Below, piece after piece: positions 24,501 through 36,519 of a DNA stretch of 64,000 nucleotides. Source of the DNA: Laetmonice hystrix (Eukaryota); NCBI GenBank assembly GCA_965235115.1, contig OZ249450.1, forward strand, positions 12,896,001-12,960,000, read 5' to 3'. Position numbers and translations under genes: made by a program. The notes beneath the pieces are model-generated. The model had not been told where the DNA came from and searched no databases. It saw only the letters and a program-made list of their open reading frames with translations. Every line of letters starts with the position of its first letter. The first letter of the stretch is position 1.

Positions 24501-25215
24501 TATTATGCATTGATTAGGCGTATACTATGGGAGAAAATCGTTACGATTCAAAAAACACGATTTTTCAGTGCAGTTAGTGCATGGCGCGCAACTGGAGCCC
24601 ATCATCACGGGGGGTATATGTGGACAAGGGGGTAGGTATAGCTTCTGGCAGTCAAGGGGATGCCCCCCCCCTTCTTACTTTTTCCGCTGCTGTACTGAAT
24701 GAAATACGAGTCCTTGCTCCTGTGACCTGTGGGCAGACTGATTTAATATAGGTACATAGAAATCGGTATAGGCCTACATAGAGATGAGATTACAGTTAGT
24801 TTGGGGCACACACCTAGCGAAACACATACTGTAAGATAGATATGTTACTTCCGAAAGATATCAAACATTACATAGAAAACTTTGAAATAAGTTTAATTAA
24901 GAGTAGGTTTCAGACTATACGAGTTTATACGACGAAACTGAAGACGGTGGCGTGATAGATTTAGGGCGGCATTGTTTATTTTTCGTCTGCCCCGACTTCC
25001 TGCCTGTAACCATGTGAATAAAGTTACCATCGTCAATAGAAAGTGTGTCGCCAGATTTGTGTACTGCACTCTACAACAGAGTGAAACATTTAGTTGTATT
25101 CTTAACCGGCAAATCTATAGTGGATTCGTTTGGGCCACCAAGGCCTTCTATTCCCTAGGCTGTATTGGGAATCTTACCTTATGCCATGGTGGCACATGAA
25201 GGTCTCAGCTATACC

Positions 25216-25303
25216 TTTTCCTGGTTTGGGGATGGGAATGATTATTGCTTCCTGCCAGGAAAGGGTATACATTACCAGTTATCCAAATATTGTTGAAGAT
25301 GTT
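25216..25303 (-). mobile_element. decayed LINE ORF2 fragment (start of RT region)
   Basis: With a frameshift, reads NIFNNIWITGN..SWQEAIIIPIPKPGK, matching the LINE motif IFNxIWxxGxxPxxWxxAxxIPIPKPGK. Confidence 0.65.
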
Positions 25304-27761
25304 AACAGAACTTCCGACAGAGCTGAAATCAAATAGGGCACGTTTTCTATGGTTACGGATTTGATGAATATCAGACATTCTCTGGTGGCATTACGCAGTC
25401 TTCTGGCGTCTTTAATCGTGAGCCAAACAATGAGACCATCCGCTTGCTGTATCATGGTAATTAGAGGAAGAGAAAAGACCTCTGCCTCATGTCATAGCAC
25501 AAGTATGCATACACTCGTAGAGGTATGCACGGGAGTCGGAAGCTATTCCGAAGTGCCTAGGACATGGTCAATCTTTGACCTCGTCAGAGTCAACATTTGC
25601 CCTTTTGATTATTTCTGACCACCAAAGAAATTTTTTCACTGAGTAACTAACCAGGGGGAGTTTCTCATCATGTCATTAGCTTGTCGTATCGTTAACTCCA
25701 ATGTATTTTCAATGGGGATTTTAACGCACAACAGGATAACGATAGATGGAAAACGCGCCCCTGTGCACCAGTTCAGCATCTTCAAGCACCAATTATGTAC
25801 GTTTCTCTTGATAGTTCTTCGCCAGAACCTAGAGACTGCCTAGGATATCTCATTTACATTGTGTGCTGTTCCCCTGGACCAATTACCGTGCCGGGTATAG
25901 GAAGAAATAGGTGAATATTTATACTCTTAAGAACCAGCATGAATAAGACATAGGTCAGTTAGGGATAAACAAGTAATTTTATGTCAAATCTACAGACAAT
26001 GTTGACTTGAAGGGTTACATCAGTCCATCGATTTGGGTTCAGTTGTACCGTTTATAATCCTTTATTTTGTCAGAAATTTTGTCACTCCTGGTTTACCTCA
26101 CTTGCGCCGTTGACGTTGTGGAACGTTTCGCAAGTTAACTGGTAAAAAAAATGAAAGGGCCTGAGGTTGTTACTATAATTCTACTTTCAGCCGCAAGATG
26201 TCACTAATCCCACAAACTGAAATTACCAATCAGCACAGGCTAAAATGGAGGCCTGCAGTGAAGCGGAGGGCTGGGCCACAGGAGCCACCCCCAAACAAAC
26301 TGGGGAGAGACTAAGTTTTGCCCCCCCCCCCTCCCCACACGATCCATTTCTCAGTGGGCCTAGAGAGGGCTGAGTTCTGTCCACGCAGACAACCTAAAAA
26401 GCTCTTGGAACGGGACCTAGCCCCCCCCCCCCATATCTACTGCCACTTTGACCTTTTAGAAGTCTTTGTTTTAGTGTCCTGGTGTCCTGGCCATTTGACC
26501 TTACCCCGAAAGGTTTGACCTTAGATCTATACAATGTACATGTATATGCCAATATGGCTTTGAAAGATTTATGGGCGGGACAGGTCACGCCCGTCTCACC
26601 CAGTTTCAAAGCTGTATAATATACGTATATCTGCATATTATACAGACAGTTGCCGTGCCGTATAGGTAAACATTTCCATGGTTACTATACATAATCATCA
26701 CGCCCAAGGTCATGTGAAGGACATGGATCGATTGACCGGAATGTTGCTTCACGCCGTCTTGAACAGGCAATCTACCAACCAGTGTTCGCGACTGGGTTAT
26801 CCAAGGTGGGGGGGGGGGGGGGGGGTAAACCTGGGCCTATGTAATGTAGAACGTAACAGAATCCTTGCCACTTATCGATAAGAGTAGGGTCTTGGCCCGG
26901 TGTGCGAGGTTCTCCCGGCTCATCTTGCGATCACAAACGGCCACTTGTCTTTCAATCGCCAACTACTATGTCCATGCAAGTACCCCGTGTCCTTTGTTTC
27001 CTGGGACAGGGGGAATACACCGGGTGGGGAACATTCCAGGTGGGAATCTGACCAGGGGGGAAGATGACGGAAGGGAACGCGCCGGTGAGAGACCGCCGGT
27101 GGGGGAACCGCCGGTGAGAGACTGTCGGTGGGGGAACTGTCGGCGTCTAGGGCGGCCATAGCGAAGATATCAATGACTTATTCCCGGGTAATTGACCACG
27201 GCGAAGGTTATGTTTACTTTGTCCCTCATCTGGGACGCAGTAAAAGAAACGACATTTAATGTCTGACTGGGAATTGGAAGCAATCGGGAATATTGGGAGG
27301 GTCGGTGGTAGCGCCACCTCGCGGTCGTGACGGTCAGAGGTGGCGATGGATGCCGGCGTTCAAAGCCAGCGTTCCATCAGAGCCGGCGTTTTGTAAATGA
27401 CGTATAATTGTGACGGCTTGATTTGCATGAGAAGGGAGGAAGTCTTGATTGATTGGTTCTGAGTTGTGGTGATAAATGTCACGTATGGAACCTCTGAGAG
27501 CAGCGACAAACAAAGGAAAAAATGGAAAATAGGAAAAAAAGTTCCGTTTAATGAGAATTCTTGTATTTTTGTCTGGTGTCAGTTAAGTGGGGTTATCAAT
27601 CTGTTGCGCCGAGTGAAGCAAAAGGTGGTAAGACGGGTAAAGCCGCCATCGACTAACTCCTTGCGAAGACAACGGTGAAAATATCTAACTTTATTCTTTA
27701 AATCCGTTCAAGCTCTGAATCCATTTCTGAATTGGAAGCAAATAGTGAGATTTTCCAATAG

Positions 27762-27882
27762 CAATGATCGTTGTGAAGGAAATCGCAAGGAAAAGTCGCA
27801 TGGTGGACCTGAGCAGCAGAGACGTCTCGTTGCTGTGTGGATCTGGCTATACTTGGGAAATGCGAAATGGCTACGAATTAAG
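27762..27882 (+). other. orphan candidate exon
   Basis: Acceptor ttttccaatAG, donor AAG|GTATGC. Two frames are open (MIVVKEIARKSRMVDLSSRD... or NDRCEGNRKEK...). Product not recognised. Confidence 0.2.
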
Positions 27883-27890
27883 GTATGCTG

Positions 27891-29218
27891 ACACTGACAC
27901 ACACCAACCCATGTCATGCAGTGTGAACCGACCTTAGCACAGTCACACAGTCACACACTGGCAGACACCAACCCATGTCATGCAGGGCGTACCGACCTTA
28001 GCACAGTCACACAGTCACACCCAGGCACACACCAACCCATGTCATGCAGTGTGTACCGACCTTAGCACAGTCACACAGTCACACACTGGCACACACCAAC
28101 CCATGTCATGCAGTGTGTACCGACCTTAGCACAGTCACACAGTCACACACTGACACACACCAACCCATGTCATGCAGTGTGTACCGACCTTAGTACAGTC
28201 ACACAGTCACACCCACACACACACCAACCCATGTCATTCAGTGTGTACCGACCTTAGCACAGTCACAAAGTCACACCCAGGCACACACCAACCCATGTCA
28301 TGCAGTGTGTACCGACCTTAGCACAGTCACACAGTCACACACTGGCACACACCAACCCATGTCATGCAGTGTGTACCGACCTTAGCACAGTCACACAGTC
28401 ACACCCTGGCACACACCAACCCATGTCATGCAGTGTGTACCGACCTTAGCACAGTCACACAGTCACACCCTGGCACACACCAACCCATGTCATGCAGTGT
28501 GTACCGACCTTAGCACAGTCACACAGTCACACCCAGGCACACACCAACCCATGTCATGCAGTGTGTACCGACCTTAGCACAGTCACACAGTCACACCCTG
28601 GCACACACCAACCCATGTCATGCAGTGTGTACCGACCTTAGCACAGTCACACAGTCACACCCAGGCACACACCAACCAATGTCATGCAGTGTGTACCGAC
28701 CTTAGCACAGTCACACAGTCACACCCAGGCACACACCAACCCATGTTATGCAGTGTGTACCGACCTTAGCACAGTCACAAAGTCACACCCAGGCACACAC
28801 CAACCCATGTCATGCAGTGTGTACCGACCTTAGCACAGTCACACAGTCACACCCAGGCACACACCAACCCATGTCATGCAGTGTGTACCGACCTTAGCAC
28901 AGTCACACAGTCACACCCAGGCACACACCAACCAATGTCATGCAGTGTGTACCGACCTTAGCACAGTCACACAGTCACACCCACACACACACCAACCCAT
29001 GTCATGCAGTGTGTACCGACCTTAGCACAGTCACACAGTCACACACTGGCACACACCAACCCATGTCATGCAGTGTGTACCGACCTTAGCACAGTCACAC
29101 AGTCACACACTGGCACACACCAACCCATGTCATGCAGTGTGTACCGACCTTAGCACAGTCACACAGTCACACACTGGCACACACCAACCCATGTCATGCA
29201 GTGTGTACCGACCTTAGC
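27891..29218. repeat. 64-bp CA-rich minisatellite, ~21 copies
   Basis: Unit cacacaccaacccatgtcatgcagtgtgtaccgaccttagcacagtcacacagtcacacactgg. Identical 20-mers at 28081 and 29041 are 15x64 apart. Confidence 0.98.
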
Positions 29219-29742
29219 GCGGAGGTTCAACCATTTGTCAGAGCGCCTCCCATCGACGCTTTTTCCTCGACAGAACGAAGTAACTACTAATTCCACCCGG
29301 GGGACGATGGTGGATTGGCATCCAAGGCCAGCATTTCAATAGTAATTAGGTTCATTTCCCGTTTTGTATTCCTTTAATGGTCACTAGGGACATTAAAAGT
29401 CCTCAGGCAATCTCCCGCTGCATTTTCAGTGGCTTATCCTTCAGTGACGACGGGGCTCTGGTGGATCCACATTTGACCGAATTAGCTTGTCCAGATAATG
29501 CTCTCAGCACACATTGGGGACAGGATAATTGGTATACCGCTTCTCTGTGTAACATAAAGGATTAAAACCCACCGTTGTCTTTACCAAATATGTGGATGGA
29601 TGAACAGTATGTTCTAAAGGTTTTTAATTAAAAAAAAAAGAAGTCAATGGATTGATTGCACATGCTCATACTTTATGAAACCATATCGTTCGGGAACCCT
29701 CGAACGAGATTACAAGGCATTATTGTAATGACATGAGCTATT

Positions 29743-30275
29743 TCAGTTACATTTGACAGACAGTATGTCAGTTACATCTGACAGACAGTATGTCAGTTAT
29801 ACATCTGACAGACAGTATGTCAGTTACATCTGACAGACGGTATGTCAGTTACATCTGACAGACGGTATGTCAGTTACATCTGACAGACGGTATGTCAGTT
29901 ACATCTGACAGACGGTATGTCAGTTACATCTGACAGACGGTATGTCAGTTACATCTGACAGACGGTATGTCAGTTATACATCTGACAGACGGTATGTCAG
30001 TTACATCTGACAGACGGTATGTCAGTTACATCTGACAGACGGTATGTCAGTTACATCTGACAGACGGTATGTCAGTTACATCTGACAGACGGTATGTCAG
30101 TTACATCTGACAGACGGTATGTCAGTTACATCTGACAGACGGTATGTCAGTTACATCTGACAGACGGTATGTCAGTTACATCTGACAGACGGTATGTCAG
30201 TTACATCTGACAGACGGTATGTCAGTTACATCTGACAGACGGTATGTCAGTTACATCTGACAGACAGTATGTCAG
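29743..30275. repeat. 25-bp minisatellite, ~21 copies
   Basis: Unit gtatgtcagttacatctgacagacg; contains a TGTCAG-N6-CTGACA inverted repeat. Confidence 0.98.
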
Positions 30276-31348
30276 AACACGAACCAACACAATCAGGACT
30301 TATGGGAGACAAAGTGAAGAAATGGCATTATCTTTCAGTCGACAATAACCTATTGCTCCAAAAAAACACTATTTGCTGCTTGAAGGGATTGGAACAGTTT
30401 TTATTAAGAAAAAAGATATAGTTATGCGGAGACTCGGAATACAATGTACCTTTTTACACTCATAAGAATCAGAAATAAGCCAAATCGGATGAAGAAAAAA
30501 GCAGCGGGTAATGCAAAAACAAACGAAGTCGATCGAGGGTCGCGTAGAGATACTTATTGCATGTTTAATGTGTTTTGAGTGTAGATATGTACTGTACAGT
30601 GTATGTAAGAAGGCATATCATTCTAATTTCTTTCTGCCCGTGTGTACGTTAAAATACATGTATTTAAAGAACAATTACTTACATAAAAGTGTATGTGTAT
30701 AACATGTCTACACTTCTTACTGTTATACACATAAAAATGCGCATGTACACCTGTGTATGCAGGTACACGGGTGTGTGTGTGTAGGGTTGTATGTATGATG
30801 GGATGTATATATTATATTTAAGGGAGGTATAGGTGGTAGATAAGTACACAACATATTTTGGTAGAGTAATGCCCCACCTCCCTATTTGTGCTGACGTTTA
30901 GATCTACGCGCCCACGTAAAACGTTTGTGCACAGACTTGGTGAATATTGCCACCGTGTCAGTGGAAGCTCTGGATTCCAGGCACTGTGCCCACGCATATG
31001 GATTAACACCGCCAGCGCTGGGACCAGCAAACTGGCTGTAGGGCCTGTGAAAATGTACGAGAGAAGTGTCGGAGGGAGTTCCGTCCCAGACTGCCCGCAC
31101 CTCGCCGATTCGTGGCTGTAGATGTCATTCCGCCGCCACAGCTGTGATGCTGCATTCCCCGAGGGAATGTTGTGATATATCCTTCCGTAAACGACGCCAA
31201 GAAGCCGCCGTCCCATGTGGTCTCCTCGTAAGGCAGTGTGCTTTGTTTCTGAGAAATGGTAGCGTTTGCTGTATAGTTGCACAAAATAGCAGTTTTCGTT
31301 GAAGGCTTGGTCATGCACACCGTCTTTGGCTTGAACCAGAGAGTAATA

Positions 31349-31565
31349 AGGGCCTGATCCACTAGGGCGATTTCCCTTGCGACGGCAATGCGATTTTTAA
31401 TTTAATGGTGGAATTTCAATCTAAAATCGTTCCTGGCTGGCCGTCCCTGCTTCAGGAAAGGGGTTCGTTCCATCCTTTAATCTCAAAATCACAGTAAAAT
31501 AAAAGGGTGATGTCAAAATCGCATGGACGTCGCACGGAAAATCGTCTTAGTGGATTTAAGGCCCT
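31349..31565. mobile_element. MITE family A, complete copy (~217 bp)
   Basis: TIRs: agggcctgatccactagggcgatttcccttgcgacggcaatgcgatttt ... aaaatcgcatggacgtcgcacggaaaatcgtcttagtggatttaaggccct. Flanked by TA (or ATAA/TTAA). Homologous copies at 33412 and 60897. Confidence 0.85.
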
Positions 31566-33411
31566 TAAAAACACCTTCACGTCCTTAAAAATTTTGTGAC
31601 AACCATTTTTTTTGCTTTGGATGAATTTTGTTTAACAGAAACGGCTTTTAAAAATAATAACCGATGATGCTGAATGTACCCGACTTGGCATTCCGTCTTC
31701 GCGATAGACCTGACAGCTTGTCTCATTGGGGTACGTGACTTAAGGAATCCCAAACCGTACGCTCCTATCTTCCGCGTGCCTACATAAAACATTACGATGA
31801 TCAAAGGCACAGACGTAAAACATATAATGGCGGATCGGCTTTTGTAAAGAACGCCATTTAAAACCCCACTCAGGGTAGAATTTCTTATTCCTCCTTTCCA
31901 TTTTGTCATTGATGTGTACGCGCACGGATCGTGTTCTTCCAGCAAATATGTTAACATAATCTCGTGTTTTCTCGTGAAAAAACGCGATTAAGCGAGAGAA
32001 TGCGAGAGAAAACGAGACTCAACTCTTTCATCAATCCAGCTGAAGTTATAAGCTTACAAGCAGCAGTTGCTGAATTGGAACATTTGACTAAGTCTTGCAT
32101 GTTTCCATATTTTTTTAAAGCGTTGATTCACGGTGCTCTGCCAGGTGCTTGTTATACTCGTGGTCAGTGACCACGTGAAGGATGGCTGTCGTGAGAAGGT
32201 ACGATCGTCGACAATGTTCGCTCAGAACAATTTCAAGCCTCACTGAACATCTAGAATCCATCACTACCCAAGTATAAACCGTACTTCAGCTTACAACCTC
32301 CCAAATGATTTCGCTTCGGGGAAAAAGGCTCTTATCTAAATTTGGTAAGGCAGCAAAGTGGTAACTGGATATGAATACCAATAATGCAAGAGGCAATCCA
32401 TATTGCTGCATGAGTATATCATTATTATTAATGACTGACATAAGTCTTCTTCGTGCATACAAATCACTTTATTTCTCCAAGTTAGGATCTGCCGAGTAGG
32501 GATATGAAATGACATGACCTGCGGGACTGACATTGGGCTATCTCGGGGACGGCTGGGGGAGGAACAATCACATCGCTTCCTGGTGGATCTAAAAGGTTGC
32601 CCTTGATGTCCGACATCAGAAATCAGTGCTGGAGTCTTTAGGAAGCTTGTGAGGTGGGTGAAGGTGGGTGGATTCCATCGGATTGGTGTTCCTATCAAGG
32701 GACGCCAGGGGTCGAAGTAGATACAGTTGTGGGAGTTGTGTGCACGGACGTCGCAAGATATTTCAAAGTGGGTTGGACATCGTACACCTTTAACCTTGTA
32801 AATACTTCGGGCAGTTTTACCCTTATCGCGCGAGTTCTGTTAGACACTATACCCAACGCAGGGCCTGGCCTTTGATAAACTTTGCCAAATTTGTGAAACT
32901 TTTAACATCCAAACAGTTCTATAGACTCACTCCCATTAAAATCATGTGACATCCCCAATTACAAACGAGTAATTATACAAATTGATAATTGCCCATACAC
33001 CCATGGAAACCATGCATGACATTATCCTAAATAGGATAATGGCCAATACGTTGGGAGCCAAGTCGCCAAGTCTTGGCATCATCACTATGCCTTCTTTAAC
33101 ATAGTTAAAGTTTTTTGTTGTGCTGGGTATCGTCTGTTTCTGTACTTGAGCGACCCTAAGTTACTGATGAAAGAAATAGGTTATGGAGAAAAATCCGCGT
33201 TGAGTTTGGACTATGATTGTCTGCATGGAGTGAGTCTAAGCGAAACGTATGTGGCAGCTTCAGTGCATATAGTTACTCCGACATACGATCCTTTTAGAAA
33301 ACTTTTGAGGAAAATGTTCTACATGTCAGCACCGCTGGACATTATTACGAACTGAAGCCGACTTGAATTGGCCCGACGTTAATGTGGACATATTAACGTC
33401 GCTACTGACTA

Positions 33412-33625
33412 AAGGACTGTTTTCACTTTAAGGTGATTTCCCTTGCGACGGCCATACTATTTTTGATTTAATGGTGGAATTTCACTCTGTAATTTTTCTG
33501 GCTGGCCCTCCCTGTTTCCTGAAATGGTTTCCATCCTTTATTCTCAAAATCACAGTAAACTAATATAGGGTGATATCAACATCGCATGGACGTCGCAAGG
33601 AAAATCGTCTTAGTGGAAACATCCC
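33412..33625. mobile_element. MITE family A, second copy
   Basis: Shares gatttcccttgcgacggc...ttaatggtggaatttca...ctggctggcc...ctcaaaatcacagtaaa...atcgcatggacgtcgca..gaaaatcgtcttagtgga with the copy at 31349; ends ccc|ttaa. Confidence 0.8.
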
Positions 33626-33928
33626 TTAAGTGTGCACTGTACAAAATCTGGAGTTCAATCGTCTTGGTGGAAACATCCCTTCAGTGTGCACTGTACAAGA
33701 TCTTGAGTTCAGTCGCCTTGGTGGAAACATCCCTTAAGTGTTCACTGTACAAAATATGGAGTTCAATCGCCTTGGTGGAAACATATCTTAAGTGTGCACT
33801 GTACAAAATCTGGAGTTCAATCGGCTTAGTGGAAACATCCCTTAAGTGTGCACTGTACAAAATCTGGAGTTCAATCGCCTTGGTGGAAACATCCCTTAAG
33901 TGTGCACTGTACAAAATCTGGAGCTCAA
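33605..33928. repeat. 54-bp minisatellite, 6 copies, overlapping the MITE terminus
   Basis: Unit tcg(c/t)ctt(a/g)gtggaaacatcccttaagtgtgcactgtacaaaatctggagttcaa; units start at 33605, 33659 and onward every 54 bp. Confidence 0.95.
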
Positions 33929-34850
33929 ATGGAGAGGGTTGTGACTGGAAACGGTATGCAGACAGGAAACATAATTCCTTATCTGTGATATTTACAAGTC
34001 TGGGCAGTATTCGGCATTCATACGATACAAATACATGACTAGCTGTCGGTGTTATGGTCCACGTTGCCGGGGGAGATCTGTATTTACAAACATTGCATGG
34101 GATAGACGAGTTGTTGGACACGGAATGCCATTCTGGGCTCCCCAAACTGATGTCATCGGATACGACACTCCATTACATTCTCTATATGAGCTTTCGCTAC
34201 TACGGTATCGCTCCGGAAATGGGATGGACCTAATATGTTTTTCGTCGGATTCCCACAACTCCAGCGTCTATAGGCGTGGAAATAATAAACTGTCGTATCA
34301 AAATATTGAATTATTTGTAATTAAACTAACAACACTTTATTGTGTGGTGTTGAATTTATCCTTTTCTAAAAACACGTTTTCCACTGTTCACTGAGATTGT
34401 ATAGAGTTCATGTTTCTCGTTAACTAAACCATTATTTTATTCAGGAGTAAAAGCCGATTAAAACTGACTGGTAATTTACATATCGATAACGATATCCCTC
34501 TACAATTAATCGTGACACTAATACAGTCAAAGTGCAATAGACCGACATCAAACTATATAAGTCGAAAAAAAGCCAAGCAGAACTATAAAGTTTCATTAAG
34601 CTCTCCAACGGCAACGTCCATAAAAGATAGCGAAAACACGGTGGCAGTGAGCTGACACTGTCTCGGAACACAAGACTCTAGTATCGGAGTGTGTTAATTT
34701 TTGGTTCCACTGATTACATTAGCATACGTTTACGACCAGCCACGCCACCTCTCTATATGACCCAAGGCGTTCGTCAGATATTTCCTCATACCGTCTGCAT
34801 AATTCCTATCAGAGATGGTGGTATAATAAAATGTAAGGATCTCTTATTGT

Positions 34851-35437
34851 ATTACATTACAGTTGACCATATAGGTAAAGCTTACCTATTACATTACAGT
34901 TGACCATATAGGTAAAGCTTACCTATTACATTACAGTTGACCATATAGGTAAAGCTTACCTATTACATTACAGTTGACCATATAGGTAAAGCTTACCTAT
35001 TACATTACAGTTGACCATATAGGTAAAGCTTACCTATTACATTACAGTTGACCATATAGGTAAAGCTTACCTATTACATTACAGTTGACCATATAGGTAA
35101 AGCTTACCTATTACATTACAGTTGACCATATAGGTAAAGCTTACCTATTACATTACAGTTGACCATATAGGTAAAGCTTACCTATTACATTACAGTTGAC
35201 CATATAGGTAAAGCTTACCTATTACATTACAGTTGACCATATAGGTAAAGCTTACCTATTACATTACAGTTGACCATATAGGTAAAGCTTACCTATTACA
35301 TTACAGTTGACCGTATAGGTAAAGCTTACCTATTACATTACAGTTGACCATATAGGTAAAGCTTACCTATTACATTACAGTTGACCATATAGGTAAAGCT
35401 TACCTATTACATTACAGTTGACCATATAGGTAAAGCT
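34851..35437. repeat. 37-bp minisatellite, ~16 nearly identical copies
   Basis: Unit agttgaccatataggtaaagcttacctattacattac; contains an ATAGGTAA-agc-TTACCTAT hairpin. Confidence 0.99.
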
Positions 35438-36519
35438 GTTTCGAATATGGTTCCTCTTACTCTATACTCGCTGCTCTTACTATTCGCTTCGATTTAACCT
35501 GTTGGAATCATGTAACGATATGCATTTGCATAATCTTTGTAAGGCCAAAGAGTGTATATTGGGAAGACTGCTAAAGGGTTCGAATATACGACTATGAAAT
35601 CAGAATAGCTAACCTTTTTACGGAAATTGAGGTCTAAACAGAATCACTGCATGATACCCTATTTAGTGGACTATTCTAAAAGCATATCTCCAAGATAGAA
35701 GGTAGTTTTGCCATTCTGAAGCATGGGTTAATGGTTATGTGTACTAATGACTGTAACCATCGTGTTTAATGACACTGCTGGACATGGTATGCTTGATTAC
35801 CATAATATCACTCAAGGTGTCGAAGCGGAATGTCATTCTTATTGTTGATTGGTCATTGAGTAGTTTGAGTGGTCCAAGATCAGACACCTGTTATTGGAGA
35901 ACGTTCTGGGTGATCCAGCCATACAGGCTGGTATTAGATTTTAACTGGTATCGACACAAAACAAGGATTATGTACGGCCGCAAACTGAAACGGAGACGCC
36001 TCCGCAATACCCGAGGTTTGTGTAAGTAAATCCATCACTCAATAACGGTTCAGTAATTGTAGGTGAAACATTTGGGGAGTTCGGTTTCCGTTTTGTCTCC
36101 TGGTTCAATACACGATAGGCCTAGCCTACTAGTAGGCCTATTTATTTTAACGTAATTTTAAGACTATGGTCCTCTCTCGACCACCATAAATGAGCACTAC
36201 ATTTGTTCCAGGGTACGAAATGGGGAGGGGGGGGGGTTGTTCAGAAGGGATATCCCTAGCTGGGTTACCAATGGTGTCAAGGATGTAGGTATCTCGGGAT
36301 ATTCCCATTATCCCTTTATAGCAGCATCTTTGTTTCATATAGTCGTGATTGTGAAGGGTTTTCAGAGTAGATCTATTTTCATGAGTTTATTTTCATTATT
36401 TATCCGACAAGTATACTCAAGTTAACGTTTTCATCGAGCGGAAAATCCTTGAATGCCCTTTTTCGCGTCCTCTCCCCTTCTAAGCACAAACATATCAGTT
36501 TCTCAGTGTTCATGATGGA

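Noticed and set aside
25711-25731. NGDFNAQ resembling the LINE endonuclease GDFNA motif
   Set aside because: It is on the opposite strand to the nearby RT-like fragment and has no supporting flanking motifs; could be chance.
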